Shown: positions 1-11,800 of the stretch, piece after piece
How the letters are laid out: each line of letters starts with the position of its first letter
How positions within the stretch are numbered: the stretch's first letter is position 1
From: Bispira polyomma
Taxonomy: Eukaryota
DNA: 64,000 bases
Assembly: GCA_965649765.1 (NCBI GenBank)
Contig: OZ287749.1
Coordinates: 310,001-374,000 of the forward strand
Reading direction: 5' to 3'
Made by a program: the position numbers and the translations under genes
The notes under the pieces: generated by a model
Databases searched by the model: none
The model's input: the letters and a program-made list of their open reading frames with translations, nothing else
Told to the model about the DNA's origin: nothing

Positions 1-285
1 CTACCACCAGAAACAGGTTCTCCCCATTGGAAGATCCACCACCCCAGCCATACACAGCCTCCGCACCACAGCCAAAGAGGCCTAGCATACCTCTACCACA
101 GAGACCCACTACACAGAGACGGCAATCAAAACCAAAGAACCCACCCAACACTCGCAACCCAATGACGGTATACTCAGAGAGCCCGGAACCCTCACGGAGA
201 CCCTCTCCAAGACCACCCACATCTTCAGTCAACAACCTACCCCTCCAGAACCAGAGCTTGTATGACGTCAACCTTTCTCCAGTGG

Positions 286-690
286 ATGTTAGGTGTACCC
301 AAAACCCGCTGTTGAACTTCTTCCCCTCCCTGTCAGAGGGGCAACACACAGGTCCTCTGAACATGCCTACCAGACCATACAGGCCACCTTCTGCAAAATG
401 TATTCCCTTGCGCAAGACATAGCCAATGCCCCTGATGCCAAAGCTGCCAGAACTACTTGAGGACAATGAATACCAAACTAAATGGGCAGAAGAAAAAGAA
501 AACCTGATGGGAGAAATAGTAACACACAAATTTGATCAAATAAAACCTTTTAGAGAAGCGCTCATAGCCACCCACAACAGACGGATCATCCATAAGGTCC
601 CTGACCCCTTCTGGGGCAGCACGTACACCAATCTGAACCACCCAGCCAAGACCCACAGAGGACTTCTGATGAAAGTACGGCACAATAAAG
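286..690 (+). pseudogene. NADAR (YbiA-like) domain of ORF1, copy A, frameshifted
   Basis: Across frames: NPLLNFFP, SEHAYQTIQATFC, WAEEKENLMGEIVTHKFDQIKPFREALIATHNRRIIHKVPDPFWG, LLMKVR. Confidence 0.8.
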
Positions 691-1176
691 CCCCAAAACC
701 ACAAAGGCACTCCAGCAACTCTCTATATAGTGCACCACATACCTCAGACCAGCAAACACCTCCACAACACCCAACACCAAGGGACAGACCACACCAGACA
801 CCACAACCTTCTACACCACCCACCACACGACAGTCTACACCACCCTCTCAAAAGCAGCCTACTACGGAACCCCGAACCACCCTCCATGAAGATACAGCTG
901 AAATCTTCCCACTACACCACTCCAGCCCGCACACAGTCACGGCTACCTACATCAACCACTCGGGATCAGATGTCTCGTTTACACAACTATTCCACCACTC
1001 AGATATAGACAACCAGGACAATACATCATATGAACAATTACCGCAACCACAACATAACCCACACAGCATGTCTCCATCCCCGGAGCCATTAAGAACCATC
1101 CACTCTATCACAGAAGAAGTCTTCCGGTCAGGCCCTCCGGAACACACCAGCATCCCTATCTCCGGTAACCGGATCC

Positions 1177-1677
1177 ATGTCATCAGACAGAACTCTACCA
1201 GCATGCACTTCCCGCACAGTGATTATCAGAAACTCCAACCTCAAACACTTAACACACACTCCACCGCATATCACGGACATAGAAGTCTTCTCATTCCCTG
1301 GAGCAAACATCAACGTCCTGGATAAACAGATTCTTACAGGCCTACCAGAACACCACACCTCCACGGTTATCCTCTCCATAGGGATCAACAACACTCGTAA
1401 CATGTCTCCTAAACACACCAGAGATGCCGTCAAATGCCTCTCCAGCTCGGCAACAAAGAAATTTCCCAACGCAAGGATCTACATGCCAGAACTCAACTTC
1501 ACCTTCAACAGACCCAGCTACACGGTCATCAATGAGACACTCCGACACTACCCCTACAACCTGAAAATTCTACCCTCCATTGACCCAGATGAATACACCA
1601 CCCAGAGTGACAACCACCACTGGACCACAGAGACTGCAAATAGACTACTAGAGTCATGGTTACTCCATTTAAACTAA
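1177..1677 (+). pseudogene. SGNH/GDSL hydrolase domain ending ORF1, copy A
   Basis: VIIRNSNL (decayed GDSN block I), FSFPGA (block II), ILSIGINN (block III), DNHHW (DxxH block V). Confidence 0.85.
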
Positions 1678-3900
1678 GTACTACAGAAGCTCTACAACCT
1701 GCCTCCATAATCAACCTAAGCTCAAAATTCATCCACAACCACCAAATCAAACCCCTGCTCAAGGATCTAAAATTCATTCCAAAACCTATACAACCAAAAG
1801 ACCCTCAAGACATTACCAAAGCACTATATGATTTTGCCAGAAAAATTAAACTCACCTATTTCTTCTTCCATAAACAAACCTCTAAGAAAAAACCGATAAA
1901 CAGATAAATCAATCTGGATACCTCCACAACAATCTATTCCAGAAAACATACTAAAACACTTACAAAGCCTCCAAAAAAGATCATCCACATTTGCAAAAAA
2001 GAACCAATACTGCAGAATCTCACAAAAACACTCCCAAGCACTAACAGATTTATACAGGGATAAGGATATCATCATTAAACCAGCAGACAAGGGCTTCTCA
2101 ATTGTTATCATGAACTCCACAGATTACATCTCGGAAGCAAAACGCCAACTTTCCAATCAACTCCACTATAAACAAATTCCCAAACCAATATTCCCACAAG
2201 TTAAAGACAGAATCGTACAAATCCTCCAAAACCTTAAGAAACAAAAAATCCTAAACAAGTCCAATATCTCGAACCCCCGGACAAACCACGGCTCCGTAAG
2301 TTCTACCTTCTCCCTAAAATACACAAAGAAAAACACAAATGGCCCCTTCCTAACATTCCCCCGGGCAGACCTATTGTCTCTGACTGCTCTAGTGACACCT
2401 ACAGAATTTCTGAATTTATAGACCACCACCTAAAGCCCATTTCAAATAAACACCCCTCATATATTAAGGATACCCCCGACTTCATTAACAAAATCAAATC
2501 CCTACAGATCCCCCAGGATGCCCTATTAATCACCCTAGATGTAGAAAGCCTCTACACAAACATTGATAATAACACCGGAATTTCTGCAGTCCAAAAAATG
2601 TTTCACAAATACCCTCAACAGGGAAGGCCCAACAAAGAAATCCTAGAACTATTACAAATCTCCCTAGAAAACAACGATTTCTCTTTCCATGATTCCATCT
2701 TTTTACAGACATGGGGCATGGCCATGGGCAAAAAATTTGCACCCGAATATGCAGACACATTCTTAGCCATTTGGGAAGATGAGGTCCTTTCTAAATGCCC
2801 CCTCAACCCATTAATCTACCTAAGATACCTCAATGACATATTTATTGTTTGGCAACACCCTCTTGAAAAATTTCAACAATTCCTTCAAATACTTAATTCC
2901 CACAAACAAACAATTAAACTAAAACCTACCATCTCAAATACTACCATTGACTTCCTAGATGTCACAATCTTCAAAGGCACCCGCTTCAAACAAACAAACA
3001 TCCTTGACACTAAAGTCTTCTTCAAACCTACAGATACCCATGAGTTACTACATAAACTCTCCTACCACCCAAAACACACCTTCCCAGGCATTCTTAAGTC
3101 ACAATTTCTAAGATTCCATCGAATTTGCAACAACAACCATCATCCAGGCCTCAAAAATCCTAACCCAAACACTGGCAACATGTGGCTACTCAAAAACTCT
3201 TAAGAAAAACCCTTAGAGAAACATTAGCCACTCTCAAACCACCTACAACTCCAAATGTCCTAACTCCAACTGCCGTCTATGCCCCATGTACCTTAACATT
3301 ACCCCCTACATCTCCAACCACAGAGGCATAAAGTTCTTTGACCACACGCTCACATGTAACACTCCTAACCTGGTATATGCAATTACCTGTACACACTGTA
3401 ACCTACATTACATAGGTCAAACCTCACAAACACTAACAGAAAGGTTCAATGCCCACAAATCCCACCTCCGACATAAAACCAATTCACAACTCACCAAACA
3501 CTTCCACAACAACCACCACCCACACAATAACTTTCTCAGCTTCATCAAAATCCTCCCTCTAGAAAAAGTCACTCCAACGGAGAACACGAACCTTAACACA
3601 GTCAACCTACTACAAAAAGAAACCTCCTGGATGAACAAATTACACACAGTCAAACACGGCCTCACCAGCCAAAAAGAATGCCCAAATCCCATCCCTTTTA
3701 TCATCACATACAGAGACAATGCAAAAACAATAGCCGATGAGGTTAAGAACACATACCATCAAATACAACAACTGTACCCATTAATTTATAAAGCTCCCCT
3801 AGTTATAGCATACAAAAGGAATAAAAACACCACTGAATACATAACCTCCACATCTGACCCCAAAACAAACAATGAAAATCCACAAAAACTGGAGGTATGA
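1668..3900 (+). pseudogene. Penelope ORF2 (RT + GIY-YIG endonuclease), copy A, multiple frameshifts
   Basis: ORF pieces 1656-1907, 2110-2421, 2598-3203 and 3286-3900 carry collinear PLE RT and GIY-YIG motifs; catalytic YLDD reads YLND. Confidence 0.9.
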
Positions 3901-5097
3901 TGTACAACTAAACCCTAATCACTCTCCCTAATTAGTCTATCACACTCCTTAATGGAACAAACTTTGTAGCCTCTTTCTTGTTTTCCTTTTTTGGGAAAAA
4001 AAACTCTCCTAATTCATCAATCAATCTCCCTAATGTACAAAATTTTACCAGTCTTTTTAACCCCCCAAAAAATATTAAAAAACTGGAGGTCAAACAATAC
4101 AACTAAAACCTTAATCAGTTAGGTTTCTCATCCAAAAACCTGTTACACCCCAACCACAACCCCCACCCTAACCCTAGCCAAAAGAAACCTACTTTTACAC
4201 ATTTTTTTCCAAAAATCATCAATTTCTATCCAAAAATTTATAAACAACATACCATATGAATCAGTAATCAAAATTAAACACCCTAAAAACAACCCCTAAT
4301 AAACCACACCAATTAATCACCTAAAACATTTTTTCCAACATTTCCCCAAAATCCCATTTTTTCACACTTTTAAAGTATTTTTTCCAAAATCGTCAATTTT
4401 TATCCAAAATTGAAAAAAACAACATACCATATGAATCAGTAATCAAAATTAAACACCCTAAAAACAACCCCTAATAAAGCACATCAATTGATCACTCCAA
4501 AAAACAACTTTCAAAATTTCCACACTTTCCTTTTTTCTAAAAACTGCAAAAATAGTCCAAAAAACACAATTTTTATCCAATTTTCATAAATAATATACCA
4601 AAATGCTGCCCCAGCAAACCCCCACAGTGCAATATAAAATTTATTTAAAACATCAATATTCAACTTGTTATAACAACTTTTAGATGCACCATCACTTAAT
4701 TGCACTTCCACAGGCCCTACAGAAAAATTTAAAATACCTACTTTTTTCTAAATTTCTTCCCCTTCCAACAAAAATAACCCCCAACATAACGCACTCATTT
4801 TTTAAAAATACCTACCTTATATTTTCAAAACCCTTTTGGCTCCACCTTTCCCTTTTAAAAAAACAACCCAATCCACTCACCCCACTTAATTACATATACA
4901 ACCCCTCCTCCAATCAATCCCAATCAACTTCCCTAGCACCAACCAATTCCAATTCACTTCCCTAACACCAACCAATTCCAATTAACTTCCCTAACACTAA
5001 AAAGCTATCCAATCGAACTAATTCCCCTACCTACTCAAAATCCAATCAACATTGTTCAACTTTATTAACAAAGTGACACTCCCTAACCACAAACCAC

Positions 5098-5132
5098 TAT
5101 AAATAGCCCTCACACTCCTCACATTACATTCC
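5098..5132 (+). promoter_or_regulatory. TATA box + Inr-like motif of PLE leader
   Basis: TATAAATA at 5098 and ACATTC ~29 nt downstream; same layout recurs at 42783-42816. Confidence 0.5.
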
Positions 5133-5135
5133 ACA

Positions 5136-5173
5136 CCCACTGAGGAAGGACAGCAGTGCGAAATATATTTGGG
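5136..5173 (+). ncRNA. Minimal type I hammerhead ribozyme (degenerate)
   Basis: ccca-CTGAGGA-A-GGAC agca GTGC-GAAA-TATA-TT-tggg: stem I ccca/tggg, conserved core, palindromic stem III; stem II mismatch and non-canonical cleavage triplet. Confidence 0.7.
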
Positions 5174-5800
5174 AAATTAGGAATTTTTAGGTTCAGTGTT
5201 GAGAACTCTAATAGGATCTTCAAAGATAAATTATCTTCTATTATATCTGTTTCAAAGATGACTTATCTTCTGTATAAAAACTAGGTTTATATTATCATTT
5301 ATCATTGTTTATTGTATATTCTTTATTGTATTTATAAACAACATACCATATGAATCAGTAATCAAAATTAAACACCCAATTGTACATATATGTATGTTCT
5401 GTATTTAATGTATTATAGTATATAGTTTTAATCACAACTACTTGTACTATTACACACTGCATTAGTATATACCTTTGTCATAGTGTAACTGCTTATCCTA
5501 TGTCTATATAGCATATGTATATTTTATGGGTTTATCAATTTAAATAAAGTGACCTCTTTCATTGCAAAATACACCAAACTGTTTATTCAATCAAAGTTAA
5601 CAAATTTCATAAAAATTAAAAAAAAAAAATTTTTAAATTTTAATTTTTTATTTTTTTTTATTTTTTTCCCCCTTCAAAAAATTCAAAAACAAAATTCTTC
5701 CCTATCATTTTCATCAAAACTTTACAACTGTTACAAAATAAATCTACAACTTTTACAACAACACATTCCCTTTTTCTTCCAACAAACTTTCTTCTAAACA

Positions 5801-8332
5801 ATGTCTCTCCATTACAGAAACCATGCCCATCCCCAAGGACCGAAAATCAACCACCTGGTAAAACCACAAGCCACAGTACTCCAGATGCTGCACCACCTCA
5901 GACAGATAGGCCCACAACCATCCACCCAGTGGCCTGCAGCCTTCACCAGGATGGCTTCTGAACTGGCCCGTTTCTTCCGGCCAGCACAGCCAAGCAACAG
6001 AATACATAGACAAATACACTCAAACACCAGAGAATTCTTCCAAACCACCCTCGATACCTTCTGTGCCCACTACAAGCACACTCTACTCAAGAATCTCCAG
6101 GAAATACAAATGAAGAAGCCTTCACACAACAAGCAGCAAAAATTGCACACACGGCTTCTGAGGAGGATCGAAAACAAATTGTCCCAAAAAACTGTGGATC
6201 TCTTTAGACATATTCTCAAGCACATCCCCCACATCAGGGACGATGCCACACTACAGAACTTCCTGGACAACAAGACAACAGACGGCCTATCTAAAGATCC
6301 ACCAACCCAGGTACCTGCCTCCCAACCACCAGTACCCCACAAACGGACCTACAAGGAAGCCCTGCTGCCTGATCCTACACCAAGCCTTGGGTCCACGTCC
6401 CCAAATCAGAGAAAGACATTGCTTCCCAACCCCGTCAACAACCCAAAGAAGCCCATACCCCTTCTGATGGACCTCAAACTACAGGCACCCTTTACAAGAC
6501 TCAGACGTATGGCTCCTCCACGCAAGCACTACAATCCACAACCACACACACGGCTCACCAACAGATTCCATGCATTGATGCACCATCAACCCTGCACTGA
6601 GGACAACCAACAAGCAACCTACACTCACAAAACACAACCAAAGAAGCCCACCATAAACACCACTCAAGGACCACAACACCAGGACATACCAATCAGAACT
6701 TCACAGGTACCATCCTCCTCCTCGGCACGAAGACACACACCTCCACCACCCTCCTTCAACAACGAGCAAATACCAAACCAACAGCTGTATGACCATACAC
6801 TTCCACCAATAGATGTCAGAGGACCTCTCAACCCTCTCTCAAACTTCTTCCCTTGCAACATACACTTCAGAGGAATAACACACAAATCAACCGAACATGC
6901 GTACCAAACAATCCAAGCAACTTTTTGCCACATGTTCTCCTTAGCACAAGATATCAACAACGCTCCCAATGCCTTCACAGCCAAAGAACTCTCCCACCTT
7001 CTGAAAAACAATGACTATTTTCACCAATGGGCCCAGGAAAAAGAAAATCTCATGGGGGAGCTGCTCACGGACAAGTTCAAACAAATTAAAACTCTCAGAG
7101 AGGCTCTATTGTCATCAGGTAGAAGGAGGATTACCCATAGAGTCCCAGACCCCTTCTGGGGCAGTATCTACTACAATCAAAACTACCCGGGCAAAACCCA
7201 AAAAGGGAAAGACACTTGCAATCTTCCTGACGAAGATAAGACAACAGCACCAACTAAAACCACAGAGGACCCCCAAAACAACAACCTTCAGAGCTCTCAA
7301 GATAACCAGGCACCCAACTCATACAACAACCACAACTACAACACAAGAGACTACAACCCAGACCACCAGCAGACCCTCAACACCACAACCAGAGGTTCCC
7401 CCAACTGAACCTACCGAAGACTCAAGCACAAGAAACCAACACCACCACAAGACAGAACACCTCGATTACTCAAGCTCCACAGCAAGACAGACTCTTCACA
7501 CCAATCCATCACTCCAGCCCCAACCACCGGATCCAGACAGCTACCCCTCAGATGACACTCTCTCTGTCCTCCTTCATCTGGCAGACCTAAACAACACATC
7601 CTATGATGAACTACCACAACAACACCACAAAGACCACAACATCTCACCCTCACCAGAACCTCCGACACCAGACACCAGCAATATCACAGATCTCCACAAC
7701 ACACATGACCACCAATAAGATAACACAGCACCACCACAAAAAGAACCACCATCAACACCATCGTACAACAAAGCTTCCATCAGGATTCGCAAACCTACCA
7801 CAACATCTCACTTTCCGGGAACAAGATCCACAAAGTAAAAGAACAAATCCTACCTCCCTGCACCTCGAGGGCACTCATCATAGGAGATTCCAACCTGAAA
7901 CACATCACTAGCACTCCAACAAACATTACAGACATTGAAATATTCTCCTTCTCTGGAGCCACCATCAATAGCATGGAACGACGCATCCTCAGAGGGCCTC
8001 AAGAAACACAAGCTACCACTGTCATCCTATCCATTGGAATAAACAACACCAAAGCGATGGCCCCTAAACATGCAAATGACACAATCAAAAGACTTGCCAG
8101 TACAGCCACAAAGAAATTCCCCAATGCAAAAATATACATGCCTAAGCTCAACTTCACCATCGATCGACCGAACTACCACATCATCAACGACATTCTACAG
8201 GAATATCCCTGCAACCTACACATACTCCCACCTATAAACCCAACTGAATTCAACACAGGAACAGACGGACACCACTGGACAACTGACACAGCCAACAGAC
8301 TTCTACACCATTGGACACTTCATTTTAACTAA
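5801..8332 (+). pseudogene. PLE ORF1: N-terminal helical domain - Pro/Thr linker - NADAR - linker - SGNH hydrolase (frameshifted)
   Basis: MLHHLRQIG...FFRPAQP...HYK; NADAR PLSNFFPCNIHFRGITHKSTEHAYQTIQA...AKELS...WAQEKENLMGELLTDKFKQ...LLSSG...DPFWG (~6814-7230); SGNH LIIGDSNL, FSGAT, SIGINN, DGHH (7870-8332). Confidence 0.88.
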
Positions 8333-10566
8333 CACACTCAGAGGCTCTAAAACCTGCCTCAATTATAAACTTAAGCTCAAAATTCTTCACTCAAAAACAA
8401 ATCCAATCACTTCAACAGGGACTCAAATTCATACCAAAACCACCTAAACCCCGTTCCCCTACAGACACCGAAGATGCATTAAATAACTTTGCACATAGAA
8501 TTAAGCTCACCTACTTTTTCTTCCATTAACAAACAAAACCTAAAAAAAACCATTTCTAGACAAATCCATCTGGATCCCTCCAGAACACACCATTCCCAAC
8601 AACATCATACAGCACCTAAATAAACAATCACAAAAATCCCAAACAAAAACCAACCATGCCCCATTTCCAAAAAACAAACCAAAATCCTTAAACAAATCTA
8701 CCAGGATAAGGACATCATCATCAAACCAGCGGACAAAGGTTCCTCCATAGTCATCATGAACATTTGAGACTACATCCTAGAAGCAAAAAGACAACTATCC
8801 AATAAACTTCACTACAAACAAATACCACAACCAATCTTTCCACTAGTCAAGGACCGAATAACCAACATTCTTGAAAACCTGAAAAAGAAAAAATTCCTTA
8901 ACAAAAAACAAATCAAATACCTTCAACCCCCGGATGAACCACGGATCCGCAAATTCTACCTACTACCTAAAATTCACAGGAACAAATGGACCAAACCCAC
9001 AATACCACCAGGTAGACCCATTGTATCAGACTGTTCCAGTGACACCTATAAAATCTCTGAACTCGTAGACCATTTTCATTAAGAAAATAACAGCTCACAA
9101 AATACCATCCCAAGCACACCTAATCACTCTAGATGTAGAAAGCCTTTACACAAATATCGACAACCAAGCTGGCATCCAGGCCATCCACAAACTCTTTATC
9201 AAATACCCCCAAACTGGCCGCCTTAACCAAGAAATTTTAGAACTATTACAAATCTCACTAGAAAACAATGATTTCCAATTTTATGACTCCTTTTACCTAC
9301 AAACTTGGGGCACGGCCATGCGCAAACGTTTTGCCCCTGAATATGCAGACGGCTTCTTAGCGGTCTGGGAGGATGAAGTACTCCAAAAATGTCCCCTCAA
9401 ACCTTAAATATACCTTAGATACCTAGACGACATTTTCATTATTTGGCAACACTCTCTAATGATTTCAACCAATTTCTACAAATTCTAAACTCACACAACA
9501 AGACTATAAAACTAAAACCAACTATCTCACATACTTCAATTAACTTCCTTGATGTCACCATCTTTAAAGGTCCCACATTTCAACAACAAAACACCCTTGA
9601 CACAAAAGTCTTTTTTAAACCCACAGATACCCATGAACTACTACACAAACTATCATACCACCCAAAACATACCTTCAGTGGCATCCTAAAATCACAATAC
9701 CTACGTTTCCACCGCATTTGCTCCAACCAATGTGATTTCATCAAGGCCTCAAAAACATTAAATAACGTCCTCCAACAACGCGGCTACTCTAAATCTATAT
9801 TAAGAAAAACTCTTAAAACACACTCAACAGTCTCCAACCCTCCCAAACAGAAACAACAAACTCCAAATGCAACAACCCAAAATGCCAGTTATGCTCAAAA
9901 TACCTCAACACCTCCTCCCACATCTCTGACTACAAGGGAATTAAATCCACCTTTGATACCACCCTTACCTGCAACTCTTCCAACATCATCTATGCCCTTA
10001 CCTGCACTTTCTGCAAACAACATTACATTGGCCAAACTATCCAAACACTAAAAGAGAGATTCAATGGCCACAAATCACACCTCAGAAATAGCACCTCTTC
10101 TCAATTGACCAAACACTTTACCAATCACTTCCACCCACATCATGACTACTTACAATTTATTAAAGTCACTCCACTTGAACACATCCAACCCCATGAAAAC
10201 AAGAACCTTAATATAGTCAACCTTCTAGAGAAGGAAACATCCTGGATGAATAAACTAGACACCGTCAAAAATGGACTTAACAACCAAAAAGAATGCCCTA
10301 ACCCCTTACCTTTCATCATCACATACCATGACAATGCTAAAACTATTACCAATAAAGTCAAGGAAACATACAAAAACATACAGGAATTATACCCCCTAAT
10401 CCTTAGAGCACCACTAGTAACTGCCTACAGACGTAACAAAAACATCAATGAGTATATTACAGCCACCTCTGACCCCAAACACGAAACACCCTCTACCAAT
10501 AACCCTAACCCTAACAGAACAACAACCATTTCAGAAAAACAAACACTTTTTAAACACATACCCTAA
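8327..10566 (+). pseudogene. Penelope ORF2 (RT + Cys linker + GIY-YIG), copy B, stops and frameshifts
   Basis: IIKPADKGSSIV, FYLLPKIH, PGRPIVS, LITLDVESLYTNID, YLRYLDDIF, FLDVTI; C-x4-C-x2-C linker; GIY-YIG with CxxC and HF motifs. Confidence 0.92.
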
Positions 10567-10666
10567 ACCCTAACCCTAACCCCCTAAAAGCCCATAAGCC
10601 CTAAAAACCATAAACCACAACACCTTAAATCCTAACCCCTAAACCTTAAAACCTAACCCTAACCCT
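10499..10666 (+). repeat. Degenerate telomeric (TAACCC/CCCTAA)n repeats
   Basis: aaccctaaccctaac, ccctaaaccctaaccctaacc, acctaaccctaaccct, ending exactly at the satellite. Confidence 0.75.
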
Positions 10667-11800
10667 GACTGCACTGGGGGGTTTCTTTGGACAAACTTAC
10701 AGGAATTGCTACAATAATCTATTTCTACATAACAGTGTTTCACCATTGTGAATGATAGATTTAAGTAGGCTTATTTGGTAGACCGAGTGACCTCGATTTC
10801 CAAGACACTTTGTGACTGCACTCGGGGTTTGTTTTGACAAACTTACAGGAATGGCTACAAAAATCTATTTCTACATAACAGTGTTTCACAATTATGAATC
10901 ATAGATTTAAGTAGGCTTATTTGGTATACCAAGTGACCTCGATTTCCAAAACACTGTGACTGCACTGGGGGGTTTGTTTGAACAAACTTACAGAAATTGC
11001 TATAAAAATCTATTTCTACATAACAGTGTTTCACCATTGTGAATGATAGATTTAAGTAGGCTTATTTGGTATACCAAGTGACCTCGATTTCCAAGACACT
11101 GTGTGACTGCACTGGGGGGTTTGTTTGAACAAACTTACAGAAATTGCTATAAAAATCTATTTCTACATAACAGTGTTTCACCATTGTGAATGATAGATTT
11201 AAGTAGGCTTATTTGGTATACCAAGTGACCTCGATTTCCAAGACACTGTGTGACTGCACTGGGGGGTTTGTTTGAACAAACTTACAGAAATTGCTATAAA
11301 AATCTATTTCTACATAACAGTGTTTCACAATTATGAATGATAGATTTAAGTAGGCTTATTTGGTATACCAAGTGACCTCGATTTCCAAGACACTGTGTGA
11401 CTGCACTGGGGGGTTTGTTTGAACAAACTTACAGAAATTGCTATAAAAATCTATTTCTACATAACAGTGTTTCACAATTATGAATGATAGATTTAAGTAG
11501 GCTTATTTGGTATACCAAGTGACCTTGATTTCCAAGACACTTTGTGACTGCACTCGGGGTTTGTTTGGACAAACTTACAGAAATGGCTACAAAAATCTAT
11601 TTCTACATAACAGTGTTTCCCAATTATGAATCATAGATTTAAGTAGGCTTATTTGGTATACCGAGTGACCTCAATTTCCAAGACACTTTGTCACTGCACT
11701 GGGGGGTTCGTTTGGACAAACTTACAGGAATGGCTATAAAGATCTATTTCTACATAACAGTGTTTCACAATTGTGAATAATAGATTTACGTAGGCTTATT
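10667..11800. repeat. ~147-bp satellite array, ~8 copies
   Basis: gactgcact recurs at 10667, 10814, 10958, 11105, 11252, 11399 and further units to ~11800. Confidence 0.95.

Larger units (their letters stand above)
1..3900 (+). mobile_element. Penelope-like retroelement (Neptune-like), copy A, 5' end outside window, decayed
   Basis: ORF1 remnants (NADAR ~286-690; SGNH 1177-1677) followed by frameshifted RT (IIKPADKG, LITLDVESLYTNID, GMAMGKKFAPEYAD, YLRYLNDIF, FLDVTI, KPTDTH) and a C-terminal GIY-YIG nuclease (LVYAITCTHCNLHYIGQT...ERFNAH). Confidence 0.92.
5098..10666 (+). mobile_element. Penelope-like retroelement (Neptune-like), copy B, near full length, diverged from copy A
   Basis: Leader with hammerhead, ORF1 5801-8332, ORF2 ~8327-10566 with YLRYLDDIF and IIYALTCTFCKQHYIGQT, 3' degenerate TAACCC repeats. 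Confidence 0.93.

Noticed and set aside
1225-2840. APOBEC-like G-to-A hypermutation of catalytic codons (GD>RN, DD>ND; also integrase D>N)
   Set aside because: Most changes sit in CpG context and are explained by methyl-CpG decay; too few sites to claim more
453-7986. Many Val/Gly/Trp/Cys-rich minus-strand ORFs over the Penelope copies
   Set aside because: Shadow ORFs caused by the A+C strand bias; no motifs
8520-8770. Selenocysteine or stop read-through in PLE ORF2
   Set aside because: Stops are of mixed type, not shared between copies A and B, and accompanied by frameshifts, so this is ordinary decay
10667-11800. Regular repeats as a CRISPR array
   Set aside because: Whole units repeat with no unique spacers, there are no cas genes, and the context is eukaryotic; the same applies to 61215-61563
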